From Paecilomyces variotii (lineage: Eukaryota): DNA of 64,000 nucleotides. Where the stretch lies: the NCBI GenBank assembly GCA_004022145.1, contig RCNU01000008.1, one strand, 5' to 3'. Positions 1 to 12,553 of the stretch are shown one piece after another; the first letter of the stretch is position 1; the number at the start of each line of letters is the position of its first letter. Below the pieces are notes generated by a model. The model saw only the letters and a list, made by a program, of their open reading frames with translations. It made no database searches and was not told the origin of the DNA. A program made the translations under genes and the position numbers.

Positions 1-930
1 ACCTACGCGATGCTCCAAGCACATATCAGAACGGTGCACCCTCCAAGATGTGCAAACTGTCCGATTGTCTGTTCCACGTCACGAGAGCTCCGTCGTCACC
101 TCGAGGTCGTACACGGCGACGTTAGCCTCGAAGAGCGAAAGATTTTTCCATGCACTGTTCCCGGATGTGACCGAAGTTTCACTAAGAAAGGCAACTTGAC
201 AGTCCATGTGCGGACCGTGCATGACGGAGAGAAACGATTTGTCTGCGGAGAAATCGATCTTTCGTCCTCGAAGAAAGTCGACGGATGGAATGGTGAAGGC
301 TGTGGAAAGCGCTATGGCAGTAAGCTCGCATTGGAAGAGCATGTCCGGACCGCACACCTAGGGTTCCAAAACGCCAAAGCAGAACGCAGGCAACGCCTTG
401 GACTGAGCAAGGCACAAAGTCGAGTCAGGCAGCCTGTACCATCCGCTCTGGCGACCCTGACTGGGGAAGGCTATGCCGAGGAGACTGGCCGCCATATCGC
501 ATGCTTTGTTGAAGGTTGCAGTCATAGGTTCCACCGTGACTACGACCTTTGGGTGCATATGAACAGCAAGCACAACTGTTCAGAAGACGAGATTCAAAAC
601 CTATTTACCCAACGAGCGCTGTTGACGGCTGGAATCATGGACGACCCGAATCCTTTCGGAATATATGGCATGGAGTTTGATGATGAACATATCACCTCGC
701 TCCAGCTCCTCAAAGGTACTGGTAGCGACTCTCACACTGCCGCCGCCAATGCTTCCAATTGCCCCGCTACTGAGACAGATTTCTTCGAGGCTTCTCGAAC
801 ATTTGATGATATGATTATGGAGCATGCTTATACTTCAAATCGTTGCGGAGAACCCACCGATTTTACGATACCCAATGACGACACGACAATGATTGACCCT
901 GTACTAGCTTACAACTTGATGGAAGGTTGA
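1..930 (+). CDS. C2H2 multi-zinc-finger protein, TFIIIA (Sfc2/Pzf1)-like; 3' part only, gene starts before the window
   Basis: Open frame from the window edge with successive C2H2 fingers (CANC...HLEVVH; CTVPGCDRSFTKKGNLTVHVRTVH; CGKRYGSKLALEEHVRTAH; CFVEGCSHRFHRDYDLWVHMNSKH). The finger with a long insert plus an isolated last finger matches filamentous-fungal TFIIIA. Confidence 0.75.
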   Translation, partial: TYAMLQAHIRTVHPPRCANCPIVCSTSRELRRHLEVVHGDVSLEERKIFPCTVPGCDRSFTKKGNLTVHVRTVHDGEKRFVCGEIDLSSSKKVDGWNGEGCGKRYGSKLALEEHVRTAHLGFQNAKAERRQRLGLSKAQSRVRQPVPSALATLTGEGYAEETGRHIACFVEGCSHRFHRDYDLWVHMNSKHNCSEDEIQNLFTQRALLTAGIMDDPNPFGIYGMEFDDEHITSLQLLKGTGSDSHTAAANASNCPATETDFFEASRTFDDMIMEHAYTSNRCGEPTDFTIPNDDTTMIDPVLAYNLMEG

Positions 931-1368
931 GCGACTGTTATTCGTGCTAGCTTTTTTGTTGGATCTGAGGACTTCCTGAGAGCTATTACATGTGAATGTT
1001 CGCGAAATTTTGCAATAGGCTACATTTTGATGGCCTTGAGGAACCATGGCGTTACTTTTACAATTGATTTCGTCCTCACTTTGAAAACTATCTTGTAAAG
1101 ACATCAGCGTCTGATGTCCGAGATTCTTATGAACTATGACCTCTAAAGGTTCCTTGCTTTTTACATCATCCGCTAAGAATATCAATTTTGCGATCCATCT
1201 TGACATAGGTCGAATTACTATTTCCGTCGACCTGCAGAGTAAGTCATGCTTTAGGGAAGGCGGTTAAAGATGGCAGAAATCATCCAGCGGTAAAGAGCTT
1301 CGAGGAACATGTTCAAGTTATCTTGCCATTTCACACGCAGGCAACTTACCTGATGATTAAGTACTTCA

Positions 1369-4300
1369 ATGGTTGGTGTGCGATATAGTGAAGATCCCAC
1401 TTTTTGCCACCCAATATGGGTATGTGTGAAGCCTCGATGATAGAACCGTCACGCAGTTTAATGATTTCTGTGATAGGACTCGGCCAATGCTCGGTTGTCA
1501 CCGTGCGCCATGCCGTATCTTTCGGCTGTTCCAGCCAGCATAATCCTCATGGCCGCAATTCATCATATTGGTGGCCGTTGTTTCAGTCTTTGGCGTCCAA
1601 ATTGGACACATCCATTCATTGTAGAGCAAATTGAAGATAATCATGGGCTCCAAGCACAAAACGGTCCACGAGATTTGGGCTGGACAATCTCCCTTTTCAT
1701 CCTCTCAGTTGCCGGCTTTATAGTGGAACTCATTCAATTGGTTCCTCCTGGGTTGGAATCTTCATCTGCCGTTATCCTAGCCTCATGGGTAAGTAACTCT
1801 TGCATCTTACAAGCATTAGTTGACAGAGGCTAGGGAATTGCCGCCGTTCTAGTTGCTATTAAACGCCCGAGCTCATGCCTGACTTCCTTGCTTGCATACT
1901 ATTTATCAGTGCTGATAGTGGAGTTGTCATTTGTGCTTTTCCTTTATTCCCCGACGCCGTTCAAGCTTGCTGCTCGTTATGGCAGCATCGGTATTGCTGC
2001 GGCTGCTTGCCTGATCATTCTCTTGATGCCTCTTCGGGAACCCTCACTTGCATGCGTCAAAATCAGCCCTGTGGGCCAACTTCCGTCAAGCGATTTCCGG
2101 AGTCCTGAAGATAACTTGCGACTCTGGCAATTTCTGACAGTCTCATGGATGGCACCACTGATTTCTACGGGGCGGAAAAGACAGCTAAATGAAGAGGACG
2201 TTTGGACACTTGGTTTCGAGTTCCAACATCGGAGGCTGCACCAGAAGTTCCGTCAACTCAGAGGATCCGTCCTTGCACGCGTATTTCGCGCCAATGGCTT
2301 AGATGTTTTCCTTATCTGCGCCGTCGCCATCATGCAGATGTTCTGCGGTTAGACTTAGAATGGTACATCGAGGATGAATGAGCGCTAACATCTGGATAGA
2401 CTTCTCGACACCGGTGCTACTGCAGCAGCTTCTGTTGGTTATGAGAGATCCCAGCTTACCAAAGCGTGTTCCTTTGACGTACGCCTTGCTGTCACTGGCA
2501 CTTCGTTTAGTTTCAGCACAATCGCAGGTGTTTAGTCTATGGTATGGAAGACGGTGCTACGAAAGAAGTAGAGGCGAGATGATCATGATGGTATATGAGA
2601 AGGCTTTATCCAGAAAGAACATACTGGGGCCTCGGATAGAAGATAAGCCAGAAGAGTCAGATGAGGAGACAGATCGGCTCATTGATCAGGACGTTGAACA
2701 CGCAAGTCAAAAACCTAGCACTAAGGCTAGACGTATATGTGGGATCGTTCCATGGAAACGCAAAGTCCATAAGGAAGACGTCAAAGAGGCCGCATCTATG
2801 GGCAAGATATTCAACCTTCTTCGCGGAGACGTCTACGAAGTTGCTCAAAGATTCTGGGAGGTAGACTCCTTGATCGATAAGCCCGCAGGTCTTGTGATTG
2901 CCGTTGTTCTAGTGTGGGAGCTGTTCGGACCATCCTGCTTATTGGGTGTGTTGGCAGTTCTGGTGGCACAAGCGGTAAATGCGGTAATCACTCGTACTCT
3001 TCTTCGATGGGAAAGAGTCAGGAGGACAGCAACAGATGCCAGACTGCAAATTACTTCGCAGTTTGTGGAAGCGATCCGTCATCTGCGCTGGTACGGATGG
3101 CAGAATCACTGGCTCCTCCAAGTTATGGAGGCCAGAAACCACGAGCTTAACCTCCGAATCGTCACTAGCCTATGGAATATTCTGATCCGTTTCATCAATA
3201 CATTCGCTAGCGGCGTCTTTCCGGTGGTTGCTCTATATGCATACGCTTACCTGACTGGCCATGCTCTCCGTATTGACATTATTTTCCCTGCGCTGCAGCT
3301 GTTTACCATGCTGGAAACGCGACTCCGCGATATTCCTGGTTTGATCACGGCCCTTATCAATGCCTCGGTCGCCCTTGGAAGGATAGAGGATTTCATGTCT
3401 GAACCGGATAAAGAAAAGACATGCAGCGACTCGAGCATTTCTTCTCTTCAGTTGGAATCCTGTTCTTTCGCTTGGCCCGGGCAAAGATCGCCAGTACTTT
3501 CAGATCTGACATTGACGATTGCAGACGGTTTGACGGTCGTTCACGGCAAAGTTGGAGCTGGAAAGACAGCTCTTCTCCAGGCCCTGCTAGGCGAACTGGA
3601 CAAGCTGAGTGGTATATCTCGAATACCAGATGAGATGGTGGGATACTGCGCACAGTCACCGTGGCTTCAAAGCATGAGCATCCGCGACAACATTCTTTTC
3701 TCTTCTCCCTACGATGAACAGCGGTACAAACAGGTTTTGGACGCCTGTGCTCTGCTCCCAGACCTTTCAAATTTCAAGCACGGTGATCTCTCATTCATAG
3801 GTGAGAACGGGATTGGTCTTTCGGGAGGGCAGAAAGCACGCGTAGCTCTTGCCAGAGCAGTATATAGCACTGCAAGGGTCCTGCTCTTAGATGACCCGTT
3901 GTCTGCTTTGGATTTCAATACCGCAGAGGATGTTGTCCGCAAGTGCTTCTCAGGCCCCTTGATGAAAGGCCGCATAGTGGTCCTAGTTACCCATCGCACA
4001 ATGCTAGTTGAGCATATTGCAGACCAGTTCGTCGAAATAGTGGATGGACGAGTGACTGTTGATAACAAACCCCGCAGGTCCTTTACTAGGACCGACCAGG
4101 CACCACAGCCAAGTCTAGATGACGTCGTGCCTGGAGACCAAGAAGATGTTGACGAAGACATCACTGCAGCCGTGCCAGACAAGTTCATCGAAGAAGAGCA
4201 CAGAGCACAATGGGGCGTACAGGCTAAAGTCTACTGGAATTACATCAAAGCCGGAAAACTCAAATGGTGGGCCGCACTTATCACAATACTGGCAATATAC

Positions 4301-5998
4301 CGTCTTGCATCGGTTGGGCAGTCTTGGTTCCTCAAAGAGTGGGGAGAAGCCTATAATCTTGTACGTCTGGTATTCAGCTATCTCACTTCGAGGACAGCCA
4401 TCTCCGAACAAGTGATGCAGGTAACTCCACCTGGGCCGCCTGGCTTCAACGCAGATGCAAGACCCGTGAATCCCATTGACATGCTACCACCGCCAATGGA
4501 CGATGTCAAGCCATGGTTGCTTACATTCTTTATCATTACGACCTTTCAATCGGTCACTCTCCTTGTAGCGCAATTATTGATGCTTGTGATCATCTACTGC
4601 GCCGCCAAAACATTGTTCCAGCAAGTTATGGCTCGTGTCAGTCATGCTACGTTCAGATTTTTCGATGTCACTCCAGTTGGTCGCCTGATGAACCGCTTAA
4701 CATCAGATATTGGAGTTGTTGATGGAAACATTAGTGAGCAATTCCAAGTGATCGCGTTCGAAGCAATCACTTGGCTTTCTTCAATCCTGGTAATAGCTTC
4801 GGTAACACCGACCTTCCTGATATTTTCCTTTCTGCTCACAGCAGGGTTCATTATGATTTTTCTAAACTTTCTACCCGCATCACAGAGCCTGCGGCGGTTG
4901 GAAATGGTCTCACTGAGCCCGCTGATCTCTAACTTTGGAGAACTTCTACATGGACTGACAACTGTGCGCGCATTCCGTGCCCAGATACGTTTCCAGGATC
5001 GTGTCATCGAGGTTGTTGATAGGTTCCAAGGGATGGATCATTTCTACTGGTCGTTGCAGAGCTGGCTCATGTATCGCTTTGAGAGTCTCTCTGCCTTATC
5101 GACATTTTGTCTCACAGTCCTCGCCCTCTATATGGAGATTTCCCCCGGCCTTGCTGCGTTCGTCCTTATTGCTGCTAACAGTTTTGTTGCGTCAACGCAT
5201 GCTTTGTGTAAACAATACGGCCAACTGCAGATGGATTTTGTATCCGTCGAAAGGATTGACGAGCTTCGACATATTGAACAAGAACCACCAGGGACAATCG
5301 AGCCACCCGCTTCGTGGCCAACGTATGGCTCAGCCGTTGTATTTGAAGATGTCACCATCAGATATGCACCGCATCTCGATCCGTCTCTGACCAATGTCTC
5401 TGTTCGGATCCCAGGAGGCTCTACAGCAGCGGTACTAGGTCGGACCGGTAGCGGAAAATCCACATTTGCCTTATCACTCCTTGCTGCTATTCGTCCAGAG
5501 TCCGGCCGGATATTGATTGACAACATTGACATCGCAAAGGTCAGCAAACAAGGACTTCGAACTCGGGTTACGTTCGTCGCTCAGGACCCCATCCTATTCC
5601 CCGGGAGCATTCGCCTCAATCTCGATCCAACGAATGAATACTCTGACGGGGAGTGCGCCGACGTTCTGAAGCGTATGTGCAGCAGACACGGCTGGACCCT
5701 TGAATCGCACATCGAGGCCGGTGGCCGCAACTTGAGCCAAGGGCAACGGCAACTCATCGGACTTACGCGTGCAGTGCTTCGCCGCAGTCCGATAGTCATC
5801 CTCGATGAGGCAACAGCGTCAATTGACCACGAGACATCTCTAGAAATACAAAATATAATCAGAGACGAAATGCGGCAATCGACAGTCATTACTATCGCGC
5901 ATCGGTTGGAGGCAATCAAAGATGCAGATTACTATGTTGTCTTGGACCAAGGGACGGTGTCTAAAGAAGGACTGGTGAACGAGGCGGCTGCACCATGA
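1369..5998 (+). CDS. ABCC/MRP-type ABC transporter (Ybt1/Bpt1-like)
   Basis: Exons read as 1369-1419, 1477-1788, 1834-2347 and 2400-5998, with in-frame GT-AG introns. NBD1 has GKVGAGKT, LSGGQKAR and LLLDD; NBD2 has GRTGSGKS, LSQGQRQ and ILDEAT. Two TM domains, including FFDVTPVGRLMNR. Confidence 0.93.
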
Positions 5999-6230
5999 GC
6001 ACACCGACTAAGATGATGAGGAGAAAAAAAAGTTTGCACTCACGGATTACGATAAACAATAGATCAATTATGTTCAGCGACTCATGGTATACAGTCTTCT
6101 CTCCTCGCCTGTGATGTACGCTACAGATAGGCCAGTGCTTAGCAAGTATGGAGATAAATCAGTCTCATGGGGGTGATAATATCATTATATTACATTTATT
6201 TCTATCTCCCCCCTCCCCGATCCAACTACC

Positions 6231-8508
6231 TCAGCCCACTTCCTCCCCAATTCCCACTTCCCCAATTCCAAACACTGTACGGATCATTAGGAACAAGGTT
6301 AAAGAGTACTGTTTAGCACCAATAGTCAGCCACGGATTTCAACGCAGACAACTCAGGTAGGAATTCATACTTTGCCCGAAATTCCCCAAAGCTTCATCCA
6401 ACTGATCGTCGATTTGATGGTATTGACCATTCCAGAATGGATTGAATGAAAACCCCTGGTCCGTTTCAACGGGTATAGATCCCGTGACGAAATTGCTATT
6501 ATACTCGTTCGATGAGAAAAACTGCTGCTCCGCAGTAGTAGTCTCATCTTGAGTAGTAGTAGTCTGGTGCTGCGGAGCAGAAGGAGCCGAGTCACCATCA
6601 TGGACACATTGTAGATGACTACTTGCTCCTGCCATCTTAGGGGAACCGTCGTCTTTTAATGCGTTCTCGAGTTCTTGTTGGAGACATAGTCTGACTAGTT
6701 TCGTAAGTAGTTCTTCTGTGTGTTTTGCTATTTGGCTTTTGAAGCGGAGCTTGCGAGCTGCGCGGATTATCCGCAGAGTTCCTGCTTTTGATTCAGTCGC
6801 CTTGGCGCTGAATGGCCAGAGGGTAGGTGGAAGACATAGGATCACTCCTGCTGAGAAGAAATGCATCAAGAGGAAGGAGATACAGAATTGGGACTCGAAT
6901 GGGGTAGCTGGTACTTTGGAGATGCGAAGAGCCGCCTCGAAAGCCCGGTTTATCGTTGCTCGGATCTTGGGCATGAGACTGGCGATCCCCGATCGAAGCT
7001 CTGGTGCCACATGATATTCGAGGAGTGGTCTGTGGATGAACATGACAACACTATCGTATGTTAGTTGTAGCATGTGGCCTTGTAATGACAAGTTGTCTAT
7101 CGGGCGTTGATGCTGCGATGATGATGATGATGATGATGATGATGACCTGTTATTTATCATGGGGTCATCATCTGTCCAAGCCCGTCGGAGCAGTGCAGGT
7201 GGTACTTCGGCTTTCAAAGCTTCGAGCGACGTGCGTGCGTTTTCGATTGTTTCTACGAGACGGAACATGGCATCGACGGAGACTGGGTTCTGTAAATTGA
7301 GACCGCGGAATTGGTAGAGGTACGATCGTATGATCTCATATAGTCGATACCTGAACACGAAAAATGATAATCCGTTCACGTTAGGGTCTTGCAGAGCGTC
7401 ATTGCAGGTAGTTGGTAACAACTCATTGTCCTCAAGTTGAGTGACTTGGTGTAGGCCGCAGAAAGCAGGATCTAGGGATAATGGTCGGCCGAAGATCATG
7501 GCTGCAAAAGTGTCTGCTATAGTTACATGGTTCCATGTCCGGTGACGGATTTCGGCCGTAATCGGGTCGAACGTCAGGTCATGGTCGTCGGTGTGCAGTG
7601 ATAATGCGTATGCGGTGCGAACAGAAAGGCCAAGTATGTTCCAGGCCAGGCTGGGAGATCCGTGATAGATGTAGAATGTTCCTAGCAGGATACAGATCTG
7701 GACTGACTCAATGCGGCAGTCATCCAGCAGATCCATCAAGTGAAGGCGCACTTCTGCAAGCAAGTCATCTTTTAAAGCATGAGCTTGCAATGAAGATGAA
7801 GCCAGTGTATCATGTCCACTCCAGTTCGGGTCCTGGGCTGCACATTGCAAACCTAAGGCTGCTAACAACAGAGCTGTCACGACTGGTCCACGATCATCTA
7901 CCTTCCAGACCGCAGAATCCAGCAATGGACGGACCGAGTCCATGAAACGTGGCCGGTAGAAGAGACATATGAACCAATGTACACGTTCAAAGTACGCATC
8001 GAGAAGCTCTAGCATCAGTGGAGCTGGAGGCATCCGCATCCCCTTCAAGGACCATTCTGATACACTTCCGGTGGAATGTAGCGGATGGCCTGGGATGCTG
8101 GAGATATCGTCCGCATGAGAAGCTGCATGTTCTCCGAAAATATTGACAGCGAAGCCCACAGCTGAGCTGTTGATGCCAGCCCGACAACGAGGTCGAGTCT
8201 CAGTCGGCGTGCTCTGGCTTCGGACGTCATTGCTGGCAAATGTGCGTGCACGCCGTGCTGGGCCTTTTCTGCTTCGTCTTGGAGTTGGACCAGCTTGGTT
8301 CTTGCAGACCATGCCCGAGCGGACACACATGATACATGGTCGCGAATCATCACACTAGCTTCGATATCAGCATCAATGAACATCTACACTCGCGGTGTTG
8401 ACCAATCCGATTGACCTTCAACTTTTGCCGGCGGCATCTTTCACAGGCGCGGCCGACTCGGGAGGTAGATGGCGGTGGAGATTGCACCGGAACATCATCT
8501 GGCATCAT
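6231..8508 (-). CDS. Zn(II)2Cys6 transcription factor with fungal-specific TF (Fungal_trans) domain
   Basis: Exon 1 (8508-8416) MMPDDVPVQSPPPSTSRVGRACERCRRQKLK splices over intron 8415-8355 to CDDSRPCIMCVRSGMVC, giving all six Cys. Middle homology region AWNILGLSVRTAYALSLH...EIRHRTW...D....FGRP. A short last exon ends at TGA 6233-6231. Confidence 0.9.
7117..7143. repeat. (GAT)9 microsatellite inside the TF coding sequence, encoding poly-Ser on the minus strand
   Basis: Direct reading gatgatgat...; the protein has RSSSSSSSSSSQ. Confidence 0.9.
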
Positions 8509-8663
8509 CGGCCTTAGCTATTCGTCTTTCGTTTAGAATAGAATATAATCCGAAGCGTTGATTATGAACCTATAGAACCAGACGTGTTAAGGGGGAAAGG
8601 AGAGTATGAAGATGAAGATGATGAAAGACTCCACCGGAAAGACCGAGGCAAAATTCCACCGGC

Positions 8664-9968
8664 ATGGTTAGTGAAGCTTCCGTCGTTAGTAAGCAATTGG
8701 TTGGTGAATATTTCTCCGCTTCTCTCTTTCCACCGGATGTTCCTGGTCCACTTCGTGGCGGTGACATGGCCAGCTACTTCATTTTCATTCTAGAATTGCT
8801 CAAGAGATATTATTACTGAAATAACTAACGCAACACTTTTCCCGTTCTTCTACTTTATTTGATTATTACCTGCTCAATTGCGCTCCACCGATGTATGTAG
8901 AAAACCTGCAGACTATTATTTCAGCGGCCAACGGCGCTGAGGCTGTTCTGTCTGTCAATGGTCAAGCTAGATGAGGATGATAAACGTTGGGAAACAAAGA
9001 ATCTCTCAAGAGATCCGTCCATAATACCTGATGCGCTACAGAGGACTAGACAGGGGTCCGCGACAAGGTTCTGTGCTTACATTCGGTGAAGAAATTGGAT
9101 CTTGATAAGTTTTGTTCTGTACAGATAAAGAATAGACCATTTTGCCCTTTGAGCAAGATGTTGTTGACGTGCTTGCGACAGAATGCCTGATTAAAATCCC
9201 TGCATGTTTATGCATCGCGTCCTTTCTTTAATTGGAAGTAAGTATGCGGTCACCGGCATACAAAGGAGGATAACAGACTGTTCCTTCACACTGAGTTAAC
9301 ACGTATCGAGGCATTTTGTAGCATTTCCTTGCATTGATAACAACGTTAGCTTCTTGATTTGCTTTGCCATTAATTGCTTTTCTGCATAGGTTAAACTAGC
9401 ACTGTATTGCCCTTTTCACTTTGATTAGCGCAATCTGATTTCGACGGGGCCCCTCGATTCCTGAAGAGATATTAAAGGGGTCAATCGTGGCATGAATATT
9501 ATGTCAAAACGGGCTGTTTGAGGGTATTTACGTGTTCACCCGGACGATGTATTTGTGGTATGATAAGCATTTCCAGCAGTATGTCAAAGGATAGAGATCT
9601 AGAAAGGTCAAGGAGAGAATGTGGCCGAATACTCTCATTGAGATCTTGCTGGCTGTGCGCGCCAAATGTAAGCCTTCGTGGCGGGGGGCTGGAAATGGCG
9701 ATCACAATCAGAGAAGAAAGCTGTCGATCGCCAATAAAAACGCCTGTGATCAATGAAATGCTGCGAAGCACCACGCCGCAGAAAACCGAATATGAGGTAT
9801 CTGGTTGGCTACAGATGGGGGCAAATGGAGTCGAAAGTGCAGGCAAACAGAAGGTCCGATCCATACCCTCTGACGTTACAGGGGACCAGATTTGATACGT
9901 CGCCGATATATGTATCAAAGCACAGGATTATCCTCTTAAGGGGGCCAGTGATAATCCCAAACGCTTAG
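8664..9968 (+). pseudogene. Degraded multi-exon gene of unknown family, riddled with stop codons
   Basis: Protein-like frames interrupted by many stops: 8891.. MYVENLQTIISAANGAEAVLSVNGQAR*G**TLGNKESLKRSVHNT*CATED*TGVRDKVL...LRQNA*LKSLHVYASRPFFNW, followed by a GTAAGT donor at 9238; a GTTAGC..ATAG intron at 9345-9389; then 9420.. FD*RNLISTGPLDS*RDIKGVNRGMNIMSKRAV*GYLRVHPDD...AFVAGGWKWRSQSE. It is adjacent to a demonstrably transition-mutated dynamin gene. Confidence 0.5.
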
Positions 9969-10280
9969 ATTCCTAAGAGAAACACCGGGATGTATGGATG
10001 CATGCCTTCTTCCAGAGCGTTGACTTAAAGATATCTATGGATGTGACGAGTAATATTTACAGGGATATCCAGACTACAGCTTGAGACAACGCGTCGATCC
10101 CATTGATTACCACCATAGTATCCGGAGTCGAGAATAATGAGGGTCTTTTGGATGGGATATAAAGGATGCCAACTCATCTCTATCGAAACGTCGTGAGACG
10201 TCAAGGTCTCCTCGATATCTGTCAGATATCTCCATCTCATGACTTAGTGATTTGTCTTTTTTCTTTCTGGGCCTTTCAAT

Positions 10281-12553
10281 ATGGGTAGACTAAATGATGA
10301 TGAATCGCTTGCTGGTCCGCTGTTGCTAGAAAAGATTGATAAATTATTTGCCTGCAACGTTGGTGAATATATTGACCTTCTACAGCTTGTTGTCGTTGGT
10401 GACCAGTTAAATAATAAAAGCTCCGTCCTGGAAGGTTTAAGCAGACTAGCCTTCTCTTAAGATAACGGCCTCTGCACAAGATTTGCAACTCAAATTATCT
10501 TCCGCAGAACCAAAAATACTAGAAGAAACATTACTACATCTATAATCCCAGATGGCCATATCGACAGTGAACAGGCATCTCAGCTACAAGACTAGAAGGC
10601 TCAGGATCTGCAAGATTTGCGTCCTGATAACTTTTCGAGAATAATATCAGAGGCAAGTCACTGGGATCTCTTTTACTGAACTCAATAGTCTGACTGTGCA
10701 GTATACAGGTCCATACGCTCATGGGTCTCTCAACTTCTGAAGGAGATGGATTACCAACGTTCTCTAGACACGTTTTACGATTGGAGATTTGTGGACCCAA
10801 AGAAGACCATCTCACTGTAATTGATGTCCCCGGTATTTTTCGAATGACAACTCCGGGTATCACTACTCAAGACGACAAAAAGATGGTTCGAGAAATGGTT
10901 CAAGGGTATATGAAGAACCCACGTTCCATCATGCTCACCGTCGTATCGGCCAATGTTGATATTGCAAACCAGGAGATCGTTGAAATGGCGAGAGAGGTGG
11001 ACCCATCCGGAGAGCGAACACTTGGAGTTCTTACAAAGCCAGATCTCGTCGATAAAGGAGCTGAAAATAAGGTAGGAATCTGAAGATGAGGCTAGGCTGG
11101 ATTGTAGTTCGCAATTTAGGCCAGAAGGAGCTCCAGGAAGGAGGCGTAGATCGAGACATAGCGGAAGAGGATTTCCGTCACACACATCCATGGAACACTA
11201 TTGGAGAAGAGAAATTCGGTATCAAGGCTCTAAGATCTCGTCTTCAAGAAACGGTGACCACAAATGCCCGACAGGCTTTTGCATCGGTACGTTTGAACTC
11301 CTTTGCGAACTAGACTTGAAACTAACAATAAATATGAAGGTCCGTGCCGAGATCAACAAAAAGCTCAGAGAACGACAAGATAACCTTGCAGGTCTTGGGG
11401 AAGAACGTGAAACCCCAGAGCAGCAAAGCAGATATCTGCTGAAGGTCATGAACTCGTTCGAGGGCATCACGCGACATGCCCTGAGTACAAACTATAGTTC
11501 AAACGACCATTTTGACGAAGATGAAGAGCTGCGACTCGCTACACGAATCGTCAACAGGAATGACGAATTTTCCAATGATATGGCTCTATGGGGTCATGAA
11601 TACGATTTTGCGATCGACAAGACCCATGGTAGCACAGCTGACCCCCACCATACTGATATCAAAGACGAATACCAGTTCGAAAGCAGAAAGCTTTCTGTTC
11701 TCCCTGACTTAGAAGATATTCTCCATCTGGAGGAGGGTGGAAGTCTATGCAAGCCACGGGGCGACGATATCTATGCGTGGATAGAGAAACAATACCGCAG
11801 CTCCCGGGGATTCGAGATCGGGACCTTTAACTGCACTCTGCTCTCCACAGTTATGAAACAGCAATCGAGAAAATGGAAATCCATTGCATATGGATACATA
11901 AGCGACATAATTATTATGACGCACACGTTCACTCTAAAGGCGTTGAGTCTAGCCTGTCCCGATGTTCGAGTTTGCCAGAATCTATTGTCTGTTCTGATGG
12001 ATCAGCTTGTGGAGAGATATACATCTGCAATTGACAAAGTAAAGTTCCTTCTTTTCGTTGAAAGGTCTGGTACTCCAATGACGCTTAATCATTATCTCAA
12101 TGATAACTTGGAAAAATGGTACGTCCCCAAGCTCTGTCACTGTGCGCGGCTAACCCTGAGTACAGTCGACAAAAACGATTCATATCTGATATAGGGGAGA
12201 AGTCATTGGACGCTGCTTCCCACGGAAGAGTTGTTCGAGTTGATGATCTTGCCACACAACATCACATGAGCAACGAAGCGCATACCGTTCGGGACATCCA
12301 TGATATTCTCGAATCCTACTACAAGGTGGCACGTAAGCGTTTTGTTGATAACATCTGCATGCAGGCAGTTGATTACAACCTTGTGACTGGCCCGAATACT
12401 CCAATGCATCTATTCTCTTCTTCTCTCGTCTCTAGTTTCACAAAAGAACAGCTGGATGAGATTGCTGGCGAAGAGACAGCACTGAAGCGCAGACGGCGCC
12501 AGCTGGCTAAGGAGATCGAAGACCTTAAACAGGCAAGGAAAATTCTTTTCTGA
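10281..12553 (+). pseudogene. Dynamin-family (Mx/Vps1-like, fungal expanded type) GTPase pseudogene
   Basis: ATG 10281 ...LLEKIDKLFACNVGEYIDLLQLVVVGDQLNNKSSVLEGLSRLAFS*DNGLCTRFATQIIFRR, with in-frame stops TAA 10458 and TAG 10593. G3 LTVIDVPG and G4 RTLGVLTKPD are intact. Frameshift near 11070 before LGWIVVRN. GED region IHDILESYYKVARKRFVDNICMQ. Introns at 10653-10708 (GC-AG), 11287-11339 and 12119-12165. Confidence 0.88.

Noticed and set aside
1343..1353. ACTTACCTG resembling the 5' end of U1 snRNA
   Set aside because: No U1 stem-loops or Sm site follow, and it runs straight into the ABC transporter start.
9499..9918. Overlapping 125-aa (+) and 139-aa (-) ORFs in the ORF track
   Set aside because: No recognisable motifs; more likely off-frame shadows of the decayed gene.
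11072..11085. 14-nt GT...AG segment whose removal would restore the dynamin frame
   Set aside because: Far too short for a spliceosomal intron, has no branch site, and would delete further conserved residues. A deletion frameshift is the simpler explanation.
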